In this document: positions 11,734 to 25,211 of the stretch, piece by piece | How positions within the stretch are numbered: the first letter of the stretch is position 1 | Layout: every line of letters begins with the position of its first letter | Assembly: GCA_016748015.1 (NCBI GenBank) | Contig: JAAOMT010000372.1 | Coordinates: 558,001 to 622,000, forward strand | From: Geosiphon pyriformis uo1 | Taxonomy: Eukaryota > Fungi > Glomeromycota | DNA: 64,000 nucleotides | Reading direction: 5' to 3' | The notes under the pieces: generated by a model | What the model was told of the DNA's origin: nothing | The model's database searches: none | Seen by the model: only the letters and a program-made list of their open reading frames with translations | Translations under genes and position numbers: made by a program

Positions 11734-14219
11734 ACTGTAAATGCTTTTTAACTTATTTTGTTATAATAAAATAAAGAAAAAAAAACACATAGTTATATAT
11801 GTTAATAGAGGCTTAAATATAGCTGAAAAAAACTACATTGTTTACAAAATTAAATGTTTTATAATTATATAAGCTGTAAAATATTTTTGATAATATTTAC
11901 TATGTAACTTTTTTAATATTATTACAGATTACAAAAGTTTTATCTGGCTAATAACAAAAACCTATTGAAAAAATGTTATATCAGATAAATTACTTTACTA
12001 CAATCTTATATATACAATATTATTTATAAAAAAAAAACCAAAAACACTAATACTAACTGTTTGTTTTAAATAAATTACCAAGAATTCTTAACAACTCGAT
12101 TAAAATAAACATTAAAACACACCAACATCTAATATATTATCTTATAACTTTCTAATTATTAACAAAATTATTGTTAAAAGAATAAACAAAAATTCAGAAA
12201 CAAGTTAAATATTACTTGATTAAAAATAATATATTATATTAATACTATTAATATAATTTATTTACAATAATTACTAAAAATAAAAAAAAATTATCCTTTA
12301 TAACATGTATTTAGATTTGAATATAGAATACTTTGCAAAAATAGCCACAATTCAATAGACAATTAGTCTATACTACTGGCCAAAAATACAGACTAATATT
12401 ATTTAATATATTTGCAACTACAATATATGTCAAAAAAGAGAAGAATTAAAAGTAATTAAACTATTAAAACCTATTAAAATAGGAGTATTATTTAATAAAA
12501 TAAGAATTAATCTAGTAAAATTACGAATTATTATTACTAAAGAGAATTAAAATATTGTAGTTGCTGTAGATTACTTAACAAAATGGCCAAAAGCAAAAGC
12601 TATTAAAACCACAGATGCTAAATTAATTATTAATTTCATGTATAAAGATTTGATTTGTAAATATAGCTATCTAAAAAAGCTACTTTTAAATCAAAAAACT
12701 CACTTTGTAAATAATTTGTTTACTAAAATCAGCCAATGTTTTGAGATAAAACAGTCTTTTTTATTATTTTACCATATATAAACAAATAGATTAGTAAAAT
12801 ATTTTAATAAAATACTATGTAAATTATTTATAAAAATAAGTAATAAAATAAAATAAGAATAGAACTTAATTATCTTTTTAGTTTTATTGCTTATTGAATA
12901 CTAAAACAAAACACTACAAAATATCACAATATTCAAATTAATATGTGGAAAAAATATTATGTTACTAATAAAACTAATAATAAATACTTATTCAACAAAA
13001 CCAATAAATAAAAGCAACTTAAAAATTATTAAAAAAACTAAAAAACAATTACTAATATACAACTAATAATATTAAATACTCTCAAAAACAACAGAAAGTC
13101 CAACAAAACAGCAAACTTTTAGAACAACTTATTATTTACAAAATAGAAAACAAAGTTTTATTACATTAAACAAAAACAAAAAAACAATTAAGTGGAAAAT
13201 TTAAATAAATAGGATAAATTTTTTTATGTCTACAATGTTTTGAATAATAATATATAAGTATATCTAAGTAAAAAAATTTTGAAGAAAGTTGTACACAATA
13301 ACTGATTAAAAATTTATTGTCAACAACAATTATCTAATCTGTTAATGTTCAAATTAAGAACACATATACCAATTATATGTTTTAATCAAATATTATAAAA
13401 CTTGAAACCAATAATAATTATTAAACATTACTTAAAAAACAATTAATTTAATTAACTACATTTTAGTTATTATCATTAATATTTAAAAAGAAATTAAAAC
13501 AATACCAAAAATAGTTAAAAAAATCAGAAACATCAAATTATTAAAGGTTTTTTTTAATTTTTATATATAAAAATAATTTATTTAGTTATTTATTTATTTA
13601 TTTTATCATAAATATACCTAAAAATACTATAAATACTTTCTAATTTTTATTTTAGCTACTACAAAAAAATAATTCTCCATTAAAAATTATTCTTAATAAT
13701 TCTAAAATATTATATAGAAAAAAATCTAACTATACAAGAAAATAAATTAAACACAAACTATTTTAATCTTTATTATAAGAAATAAAAAAGTGCCAACATA
13801 TTAATTGATAAAATCATGAAAAATTTTAGCTCTTAAAAAATACACTACTTAAAAAAAAAAAAACTTAATTGTTTCTCTTTATTATATATATTTTATAATA
13901 ACTATACAGCTAAAAAAACAGCAAGAAATTTGACAAAACAAATCTTTAAAAATTCAAAGAATTAACTAAAAAAACAACTTTAAATACTATTTTAAAACAG
14001 TATACTAATTCTATATACTGTTTTAACATTGTTTAAAAATATTATTAACAAACAAAATAAACATACTTATTCTTAATAAATTGAAAGACTTATAAATAAT
14101 AAATTTCAAGACTTACAAAAATAAATAGTCTAAACAAGTATGCAAATCTTTATGTTAAATATTAATATTTGATAAATACACATCAATTTTAATAAAGCTT
14201 AATCTTAAAAGAAAAATAA

Positions 14220-14397
14220 TATTACTTAATCAAAATTAACAAAAATCAAAAATAATAATATCATAAATATTAAGCAATTATTAAATAATAATATAAATAG
14301 TACAAATCAACAAATAAAATTCGAAAACATAATATGTATACAATAATATACAAAATATACACAAATATATTCAATTAATGTGATTATAAACACGTAA
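14220..14397 (+). repeat. Proximal ~180 bp of 3' LTR of element B (inside inversion)
   Basis: Reverse complement of ~20674-20851; preceded by the same AAGCTTAAT..purine-tract junction seen before the 3' LTR of A. Confidence 0.85.
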
Positions 14398-15879
14398 CAC
14401 TCAAATTTGTTTTGGAAACATTAGTTGTAAATACAAATTTTTTGGTAAAGTTAGAATATACTAAAATTAAGACTTTAATGAGTTTTTGCTTTAAATAGTT
14501 AAATGCTTATTTTTGAATTTTATTTTATTTTTGTCTTGTATTTTTAACTAATAATTGATTTAGAGATTAAGCCACTATTAAAAAGTTTTTTACAAATTTT
14601 TAGTAGTATAAGGTAAGTCTTAAAAATTCTCAAAATTTAGTTAAATTTTGAGAACAAAAAAATTTTTTGATCTTAATTTTTGCAGAGTTGGGTTTTATTT
14701 TATTTTTTTTAATTATGTATCTTAAAAAAATAAGTTGTGATTTTTCAAAGAAGCATATTTTAGAGTTAAGTTTTAATTTAGCAGATTCAAATTTTTAAAA
14801 ACTTGTTACAGATATTTAAAATAGTTTTTAAATATTAAAGAGAACACATTTGTGTTATTTAGATAGACCATAATTAATTTTCACAAAATTCTAAAGTAAA
14901 TAATATCTATTAGCTTTTGGAATATTGCAAAGGCATTAGTTAATCCAAATAACATTATATTAAATTTGTAATTGCCATTTTGAATTATAAAAGTGGTTTT
15001 TTCTTGGTTATTAAAATCTACGACTACTTGTTAATATTTATTAGCAAGATCTAAGATTGAAAACTATTTGAATTTACATAGGATATCTAAGATTTCATTA
15101 ATTTGTAATATTTTCGTAATATTATTAAGTTTTTTATAATTAACACATAATTTGATTTTTTAGTTTTTTTTTATATTAGTATAATAAATAAGAACTATAG
15201 GCTTATAGAAAGTTATATAAGTTTATTTTTTAACATTTAATTGATTTTTTTTTTATAGAATTATGTTTGAATAATAATATTTAGTAAGTTATTGTTTAAT
15301 ATATAGTGTGTCTCTTATATGAGTTTGATGATAAACCAAGTTGGTTTGACCAAATTCATTTTCTTTGGCAAAAATATTTGAATATTTTAAAATAAATGCT
15401 TTCAATTGTCTTTGTTAAACAGAGTTTAATAATCTAAAATTGAGCTTAATTAACTATTTATTAATTATTTAATAATATTTAATATTTGGCTTAAATAAAG
15501 TTGATTCAGTTTTGCAATATAAAACCAATTAAGAAAAATCAAAAAAATTTTGAAGTTTATGTTAATTAGTAATGTTTGTATTTAAATATCTTAGAATCAT
15601 ATTTTCAATTAAGTATATAATTTTTTCAAATAAATTGTGAATAGACATTTTTATTTACAGATAACTATAACATAATATGTACAGATTGATAAAACTAATT
15701 GAGAATTGTTTACAAAAGATAGCATAAAACTCAAATAAAAATTTTTTTTCTATTGCTTTCTTATATGTGTTAAATAAATATATTTTAAAGAGTGATATTG
15801 TAATTATTTTATTAATTTAGATAATTTTAAGTTTTTCTGCATTATTTCTATATAGTTAATAGATAGAGTAACTGTCTTT

Positions 15880-16260
15880 ATAAAACCAAAATTTTGGGTT
15901 TTGTATTTGGCCTTTTTTAGCTTTTTTAAAATTTTGGTAATAATTAACCTGTCAATTTCGAGTAAAAATAAGAAAATTGTTTGTACAACTTTTTTTTTTG
16001 GTTTAATTACATATGATTGGTTTAATTTATTGTATAATAGAACTATAAATTTTTTTTTTAATATTGATTTTTTTTTGATTAAGTTAGATTAAAAAACTAT
16101 TTGTATTATAGTTTTTGTGATATTTCAAATGCTATTTTTAGATTGACCATAATAATGGCAAAAGATTTTAATATTAGTGTTTGATTTTTGATATATTAAA
16201 GATTAAATTGAGTATTGTTTAGATATACTTGGTTTAATAAAATTTTTTGATTATTATTGA
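15880..16260 (-). pseudogene. dUTPase domain in pol of element B (degenerate)
   Basis: Reconstruction: AHxxDAxFDL..VDLKIAFEI..QIxSRSSL..KVAQTIFL..TQ(G)FG; same position as in A. Confidence 0.7.
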
Positions 16261-19200
16261 GAAAACATTTGATATTCAGTTTTTGTCAGAAATTGATAGA
16301 GATATATAAGTTGTTTGCTAGCATTTTTAATGTATATAAAGTTTTATTTTGTGCTTTAAAGTCTGGATAATTTCCAAGTTGAATTATTTTCTCTAATAGT
16401 TTGAATTAGAATTAACAATTAAAATACCATTGTAATTGATAAAAAATTAAACAGTTTTTATACAAATAAGTATTAATCTGTACAAAATATTGTTTTTGTT
16501 CTTTTTATGTTGAACAAAGTTCCTATTAATAATCTTGAAATTTTTGTAACGGATCTAAGAAATTGTATCTAGCAACTTTTTTGATTACTTCTGAAAGTGC
16601 TTTTTAATTTCGAATTTCTTTGGCTGTTTTGTTTTATATGCTTGTTTTGGTCATATTATATAGTTGTTTAATATTATGTAAGTAATAATATATACAATTA
16701 AGAGCTCTATTATAAACAACTTTAAAAAGAGTTCTTTTTTTTATTTAATTGATTATAAGAATAGTGTATTAACAAGTAAAATTACATGTAACTCCTTTAA
16801 ATTGCATATTAATTCAGTTGTATTTATCAAATAAATTTTTTTTACAAATAATACAAGAAGTCTTATTCTATTTTTTTTATTGTTTTCAATATTTGTACAT
16901 TTTTTTATGATATTAGTTACAATAATAGTAAATAATTTGTTGATTATTTTTGCATAAAATAATATAAATAGTCATAAAAGATAATTTTTTTTAACAAACT
17001 AAATATTGTAGTTTTAGTTGATGATTTTAGTAATATTGAGAGCAAAAAAAGTAAGATAATATAAAATTAAAAGTTTTATTATTCTACATAAAAACAAATA
17101 ATAATTTTTTATAATTATTTTTGTTTTATGTAATCTAATATGCTTTAATAGTATTTGTTTTTAATGTTTTTTTAAATTTGAACTAAGATAGCTTGTTTGT
17201 ATTAGGATTTTTTTTAAAATGTCTATATATAGCAGATATTTTTGTGTATTATTCCTAATATATTAGCTGTAATTTTTAAATTGATCAATTCAAAGTGGTA
17301 TTTTTTTTCTAACCAATTATTTTTAATTAGTGCTTAATATTTTAGTAAAGATAATTATTTTGTTTATGTTGAAAAAAAAAAGTTAATTTTTTTAATTGAC
17401 ATTTTTTGGCTTTATTAACAGTAATAATAAAAGTGTTGATATTTTTATTAATCTGTTAATTTAATTGGTTTATTAATTAAAGAGTAATAATATTTTCTGT
17501 TGATCTGCTGTTTAAGACCAGTTTAATGAATTTATTATTTATTTTTGTTTCAATATACATAATAATAATTGGTTTATTTTCATTTAATATAACTTTATTA
17601 AATAAAATAAAAGTAGATTTTTTTTTAAGATCAAAAAAAATATAGCTGTTAAGATTTTATTATTGGTAATAATAGTAGAAAAAATTATATTAATGTTTTT
17701 ACAAGTAATAATAATAGTGTTTTCAATAATACTTATGTTTTGATTTTTGTAAGATATTATATTATGAAAATTTAATAGTTCTAATAAGTTAAGAAATATT
17801 TATTAATAATATATAGATGTATTATATTGTCTATTATTATTTTGACTTGAATTTTGTGATATTATTGTATTTACTGCTGGCTGATTTAAGAAATTTGGAT
17901 TTGAAAATGGATAATATTTTTTCTAATTTAAGTTTTAAGAACATAATCTAAGAGTTGGTAATTGTCACAGTTGTTATAGTTAAAACTAAGTATTGTGATT
18001 AAACTAAATTTTGCTGTTATAATGATTATTGTTAAGAATATTGTTAAATTAGTATTGAGTATTGATTTTAAGATATTATGTATTGATTGTTAGAAGATAG
18101 ATTTTATAAATTGTTTTTTTACAAGTTTTAATAAGACTGTAGTAATTAATATTTAGCTTTAATATGTTTGTATTTTTGGTAATAATAATACATAAGTATA
18201 TTCTGTTAATTTTTATTTTGGTTTAATAGTCATAATTTTGGAAAAATGTTTGGTTTTATATAGTAATTATCAATAATAATTTGGTTCTTAAGGCTTGGTA
18301 TTGACAAGATAATTTTCTATTTTTTGAGTTAATTTTTCTTTGAATTGAGTAATTTTGTTTTTAAGTTTTTTGGTATTATTATTATTTATTATTAAGTTAA
18401 TAATTTTATTGTAATTAGCTTTTTCTTTGGCTGACTCAATATCTTAGGCTAATATAACAACTTAAAGTAAATCTTCCAAGTGTTGTAGTTTTATTCATTT
18501 TAGAATACTATTTTTTAATCTTTTTGCAAACTGATTAAAAATCTAAAAGACTATATAATAATTGTTTTTTATGACTTTAATTTGTTGTAAAACACAATTA
18601 AATCTACTAAAGTATTTAGTTACTGTTTTATTAAGCTGTTATTTAATAGTACTGAATTTGTTTTGAAGTTTAATAATAATGTTAAAATTACAGAAATATT
18701 TTAGAAATGCATTTTAAAAATGTATTTTATAATTATGTTAAAGTGTTGGATTTGGAATCCAAATTCTGATATTAAGAGTTAATTGTATTTTTTAGGAAAA
18801 AGAATAAGATTTAAAGACTGTAGACTTCATTCTAATTATTTACTAAAATTGTTTTTTGTGCTTTTTTGATCTAAGTATAAACATCTTTTTTTTCTTTAGT
18901 AAAATTAATTAATTTTGCAATATAAAAAGTGGTTATCTCTTAAAAATTTACAGATATTTAAATAAAAAAAACTATAAATTTTAATTTTAATTTACTTGAA
19001 GATTTTTTTTATTTTTTCTGGTATGCTGTTTTTAGATTTAAGGTTAGGTTTAGGTTTAGATTCAAATTTTTAAGCAGTCTGAAAGTTTGATTATAGAAGT
19101 AGTAGATTTAAAAATTGTAATAAATATCTCTTTAAAATAAGTTTTTTTCTAAATAAAATGTATACATAGTTAAAAATTTGGGAAGTTGTTTTTATAATAG

Positions 19201-19790
19201 ATGAAAATATATTTCTTAATAATATGTTAATTTGGTTATTTAGTAATAAATAGTAAGATAAAACTTTTAATAATATAACTAAAGCTTTTTATATAATAAA
19301 ATTAGTATTTGTTATTAATCTATGTTTTCTTAATAAGGTGTTTGTACTGAGATTTTTAGTTTTTGTTGGTTATTTTAATTATTGTTTTTTTTTTGTTTTT
19401 GTTAAAAGTAAGTAAGAAATTTTGTCAAATGTATTTTTTAATTTTTTAATATATTTATACCAAAATTATTAAAAATAATTGTATGCTAAATAGCATAGTA
19501 TGTAAAATTAATTTTTGATATAGGCTTTATTTTTGTTCTTGAAGTTTTGGGTCTTATTCCAATAAGTATTAAATTAAATAATACATATAATAGTTGAAAA
19601 TTAATTCAGCTAAAGAATAATTATTAAATAATTTCAATCTTTTTTAAAATTAATAATATAGATTTTGACTAAAAAAATTAGTAAGTATTGCTTGTTTTAC
19701 TACTTTAATTTACTAATTTATATAATTAATTATTAATAAGATTTAGATAGCTTGAATAAATTAAAATTAGATTTTACAGAAAGTATTAAA

Positions 19791-20851
19791 TATTACAATT
19801 TTTTTATTTAAGGACTTAAAAATTAGCTTGGTAAGTTTTTTTAACTTCTAGTAAGTATTAAATAATTTTCTTTGATCAGTGTTTTTTATTTAATTTAATG
19901 TGTTTTATAATGTTTTTATCGAAATTGCTGTTAGTAGCCATTGCTATGCTAGTTTTTTAAAGAGAATTTTTATTATATTCTTATACTTCTAATTGTGTTT
20001 TTTTTGAAACTCTCATAAATATATTTTTTATATTGTGCTAATATTAAATATTTGTATTTCTTTGTTTGTAGTAAAACAGTATTTTATTTCTAATAAATTT
20101 AAAAAAAATTGAAAAAAAACAGAACTCAACAAAAATTAATATCTCAAAATAATTCTGATCAAAGATTATTTTTTTAAGACAAAAAAAAATCATTTCAGAT
20201 TTTTAAATCAACTGTCAATTTTAATCAAAATATTATTATAAGTAGATTCTATACAATTGTATATAGTTGCTATTTTTTTAATGTGTTTTTAATTTGTTAA
20301 ACTTAAGTCTCATTTGTGTTCTATTGTTGTATTAAGTATTTTATTGTTTTCAGCAATAAAAAATGGCAATAAAAAAGATTTAACAGTCTTTTTTGTGGTT
20401 TGGATTATAAAAATAGAAAGTCTTCAATTCTACTAATCTTAGTGTTAGTAAATATTATAATACAAAGATTAGAGAATATACTTTCCAGCTTTTTTTGGAA
20501 TTATAATCTAATTTTTTTTTCTTTTTTTCTTTTTATTTTATTTAATTGACTTTTTTTTACTCTGTTCTTTTTCTAGTTAAAAAACTATTATATATATATA
20601 TATTTCAAATTATCTTTAATTATGCTTATTTTAATTAATTAATGAATAATTGCTAAGCTATTAGGTCTTTGGTTTACTTGTTTATAATTATGTTAAATTG
20701 GATGTGTTTGTATATATTTTGTATACTATTATGTACATTATATTTTCTAATTTTATTTGTTAATCTGTACTATTTATACTATTATTTAATAATTGGTTAA
20801 TATATTATAATATTATTATTTTTGATTTTTATTAATTTTTATTGAATAATA
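19791..20851 (-). repeat. 5' LTR of element B
   Basis: Matches both pieces of the split 3' LTR; PBS-like sequence immediately inside (19771-19790). Confidence 0.85.
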
Positions 20852-22489
20852 TTATAAGTATTATAAGTAATACTTAAAAGTCTAAATTACAGCTGCTGCT
20901 TTTAATTTAGTAGATTCATATTTTGTTTTTGTAAATTTATAAATTTTGCTAATATAAACAATAATTTGTTTATTGCTATTGTCATTTAATTATAATAAAA
21001 TGGTACTAAATGCTGTATAAAAAACATTAATAATTAATTAAAACTGTTTGTGAAAATTAGAATAAATAAAAATTGAAACTGTTGTTAGTTTTTCTTTTAA
21101 AATATTAAAAATATTTTGTTAAATTGAAGTTTATTGGTATTTTACATCTTTATTAATAAGATAATTGAGTTGTTTGACAATTTTAGAAAATTTTTTAATA
21201 AATTTTTAATAATAGAAAACTATTCTTTCAATTCAATAATATTTAAGAACTTTGAAATTTTTTATAGTATTAATTTTTTTTAAATCTGGCTTGATTCTAT
21301 TTTTGTTAACAATATGGCCAAAAAAAACAAACTTGTTTTTTTGAAGTAACATTTTACAATGTTTAATTTTAATCTTGCTTTTTGTAATTATTAAAATACT
21401 TTTTATAAGTAGACAAAATAAGCTTTAAAGGTCAAAGAATAAACATTAGTATTATCGAGATAAATGATTACTAACTGCTATAGCAGTTTTTTATATACAA
21501 CATTCATAAGGTATTAGAATATTACTGGTATATTATAAAATTTAAAGAACATAATATTAAATTTATAGTTTTTTTCTTGAGTAGTAAAAGCTGTTTTTAG
21601 ATGGTTTTTTAAATTCATTTTAATTTGTCAGTATTTGCTTTTCAAATCTAAAATTGAGAAATACTTGGCTTTTTCTAAAGTATTTAATATATTGTTAATT
21701 TTTAGAAGAGAATAAACATCTTTAATTGTAATACTATTTAGTTGGTAATAGTTAATACAAATCAGATTTTTTTTTTTACTAAAACAATTAGTGAAGCTTA
21801 AAAGCTTCTAAATAGTTGAATAAGTCTATTAGTAAGTATTTGTTATACTTTTTTTTGATGAATTAATGGTTGACCAGTAGAACTCAGTACATTTGTTGAC
21901 ATTTTAGTAGAATATCTCTTGTATGAATTAGATGTTAAATTATATTAGTTTTTCTCAGATTATTGTTGTCTTTAATAAATATATTAGTGTATTTGGTAAT
22001 AAGTTGTTTTAATTGTCTTTTGTTGTTGGAGTTTTAAGAGATTTATGTTAATTCGAAATAATTTTTCTTTAATAATATGATAGTTTTCAGTGCTAAGAGT
22101 ATTATTTGAATTGAAAAAGAAGATATGTTTTACAATTTTAATAAAATTAGAAAAAATTTAAGGAATTTTCTTTTAAAAAATATTGCTATATATAATTCTA
22201 ATTTCTAATCTATTTAATAATATGATAAAATAATTATTAGAGTTATAAAAAGTAATCTAAAACTTTTTTATTCCTTTGAGAATATAGATATTGGAAATTA
22301 AAAGATTATATTCTCTACAAATTTGTTTATTGGACTCAAAAATTTGTTGAATGGTAGTAAATTTCGGACAAATATATATTTCTTGATATTTTCTAAAAAG
22401 TAAGATAATAATTAGTTGTAAAAGTTTAAGAGTTTGGTAAGATTTATCTTGTGCATTGAAAGTTGTATTTATTAAAACTGTAAATTATT

Positions 22490-22760
22490 CAGTTAAACCA
22501 AAATCTTGTATTTCTCTTTTATTTTTCTTTAATTGTTTTTATAAAAGAATTTATTATAAACTTGAAATATTGATTAAAAATAAATAAATAACTTGAATAA
22601 TTTTTTTAGCATGCTTAATTTTGAATAATTTGTTGGTTTTATTTTATAACAGAATTGTAATATTTCCAGTGTATCTTGTATTTATAATTCTTTTTCTAAA
22701 ATTGATTCTTTTGTTTACTAATAATAATCAAAAAGCAATTTAAATTATTGCTTTTAATAA
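22490..22760 (-). pseudogene. dUTPase domain (N-terminally deleted) in pol of element C
   Basis: RYTGNIT (agatacactggaaatattaca), KIIQVIYL (= KIAQAIYL) and REIQDFGLT (= RGIQGFGST) read on the minus strand. Confidence 0.7.
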
Positions 22761-25211
22761 GATTTTGAAAGCAGTTTTTCTTTTTTTTTCTTTGAATTTA
22801 AAAACTAAAACTTTCTCAGATTATTTGTTAAAAATACTACAAGTAGTAAGTACTCTAATATATTGTTTTTGTGTTTTCCAATTTAAGTTGGCATTGGCTT
22901 TAAGAAACCAGTTAATTTTAATAAGAGCTTAATATTAAAATACATTCATAACAAAAACTTTAATTGGAATAATAATTATTAATTTCTTCTACTAATGTTT
23001 TTTTCATATTATTAGTAGTTATAATAACTGTTTAGACAGATTAGTCAACATTTTTTTTTAATTATTGTATTAAATAATAAATAATAATGCTTTTAGCAGA
23101 TTTACTGTCTAAAATTAATTGAATTAATTCTTCTTTAATTTTTGCTTTAGTATATATTATTGTAATAATTTTTAGTTTAGAAATGACAATATTATTAAAT
23201 AAAAAAAGTGATTTATTGGTTTCAGATTTAAAGAAAAATATGTCTATAATATTGGTGTTTTTGGCAATTTTTATTGGTAGAATTATGGTGTTATTATAGA
23301 AAAAATTTTGCTGTTGTGCTATAATTTTATCTTTTACAAATATAATATAATAAAAATTTTAGTCTTTTAGAATTATAAGATAGCTTAGTTGAATATAGAA
23401 ATATTTGGGTGGTTGTTAATTATTATTGTAAAATATTAATTTATTATTAAAACCAAATTTGTTGTTGTTTAACTAAAAACAATTTGGTAATGTAAATTGG
23501 TTGAATTGAACCAATTACCTTATTAGTAGTTAATAAATTTAAACTGAAAATTGTTGATAGTATTGTTGTGATTATTGTAGAACAGACTAATAATAAGTAA
23601 ATTGAGATTTTAATAAATAGTAAGTGAATAATTGTGAATTGTAAAATTGCTGTTATTGAGAAAAATAACATTAATTATTCTGTTATTGTTGATTTTTTTG
23701 TATTTTTTAACAATTACATTTTTAATATTCAGAAATTTCATAATAATAGCAGTTTAATTGTTGAGATTAGTTGTTAAATAATAAAAGATTTTCTTGGTTT
23801 TATTATTAAAGTGATTGGTATTTTTTTTGTTGGTTGGCAAAGTATGTTTTGACTTTTTTTGTAAGTTGATCAATTTTTTTCTCAGCTATTGAACTGATTT
23901 TTCTAATTACCAAGTTGACAAATTTGGTATAATTGGCTTTTTCTATTACTATTTTATAGTTTTTAATATGTTAAATAGCAATAGCTAAATTTTTTAAAAC
24001 ATATAGTTAAAATTTTTTGATAGGTTTGTTTTTAAGTTTAGTGATAAATTAATTTAAAACTTGGGCATCAGAATAGTAAGTATTGGTTTTCAATTGCTAA
24101 ATTTTTTTAAGAAGTTTGTTAAACTTTAATATAAGTTATAACAGACTTAGATAGTTCTTGTTTAATATTTTAAAAGCAGTTTTGAAAAGTAATTAAAATG
24201 TTATTATTTGTAAACTATTTGAAAAAAGCAGTTTTGAAGACTTACCAATTTGTAAAAAAGATGACCAGATTTTCAAATCATTTATCTGCAATTTTTTTAA
24301 GAAAATAAAAAATTGCATATAGTATTTTTTTTGCAATTTATTTATTGATATTTTTTGCTTTAGTGACTTGATTAAGCTATTTTTAAGGACTAGTTTTAAT
24401 GTTTTCTTTAAAAAAATCAAGAATTTTTGTAATATAAATGATTGCTATTTTTTTATTATTTTTATAATTAGTAGTTTTTGTTTTTTTTCTTCTTTTTTAA
24501 TAATTTCAGAAGTGTTTTCTTTATAAGCTAATGTTTTTAAGTATTTACTTTAGTTCTTTGCTAAAAAATTAAAAAGATTAGTCTTAGTATAGATTAGTTT
24601 TGACTGTTAGATTATACTTTTAGTAAAGTTTTTTGGACTTGAAAATTGGTTAAGAAGTAAATTAAATGTTTGTGCTTAAGCAAACAAAGCTAGAAAAAAT
24701 GTAATTAAAAGTGGTAATTTAAAACTGGCTTCTTGTTTAGGTGTTTGTAAGTATTAGAGTATTGTTTTTGGTGTGTTAAACATTATATAATTGGTTAAGT
24801 ATTTTTTTTTTGCCTTTGCTGCTTGTTTTAGGTTCAGACTTAAATTTAAGAACAAATTATAAGTCAGTAGAATATTTTTTTCATAAAATTTAATGATATT
24901 GTAGTTAAATTTTTCAAAATAAATAGCATAATTGTCAGCACTAATATTTTCTGGATCTTTATTTAAGTAGTAGATGAAATTTTCAAGAAGATTTTGCTTA
25001 ATTTCTGTAATGTTGTAGTTTTCAAAAAAATAATTGTTGATTTGGTTTTTAATATATTGGAAAAGTGTTTTCTTGAAGGCTGTGATTCCATCTCAAATTC
25101 CAAATTATTGTATGCAATGGATGTAAATCAACTGATAGTAGAGATATTATGTTTAATATGGTCGTTATTTTGATTTAATTGTTGCTGTGTTATTTTTAGG
25201 AGAGCACCAAA

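Larger units (their letters stand above)
11064..20851 (-). mobile_element. Degenerate Ty3/Gypsy LTR retrotransposon 'B' with internal inversion (11753-14397)
   Basis: 5' LTR 20851-19791 followed by PBS-like TTTAATACTTTCTGT; gag ~18300-19000; partial PR ~17280-17350; Cys-rich insert ~16270-17150; dUTPase ~15880-16260; RT ~14400-15450 (minus strand). RNase H-integrase-ORF3-PPT lie on the plus strand at 11753-14219. The 3' LTR is split into 14220-14397(+) and 11064-11733(-). Confidence 0.85.
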
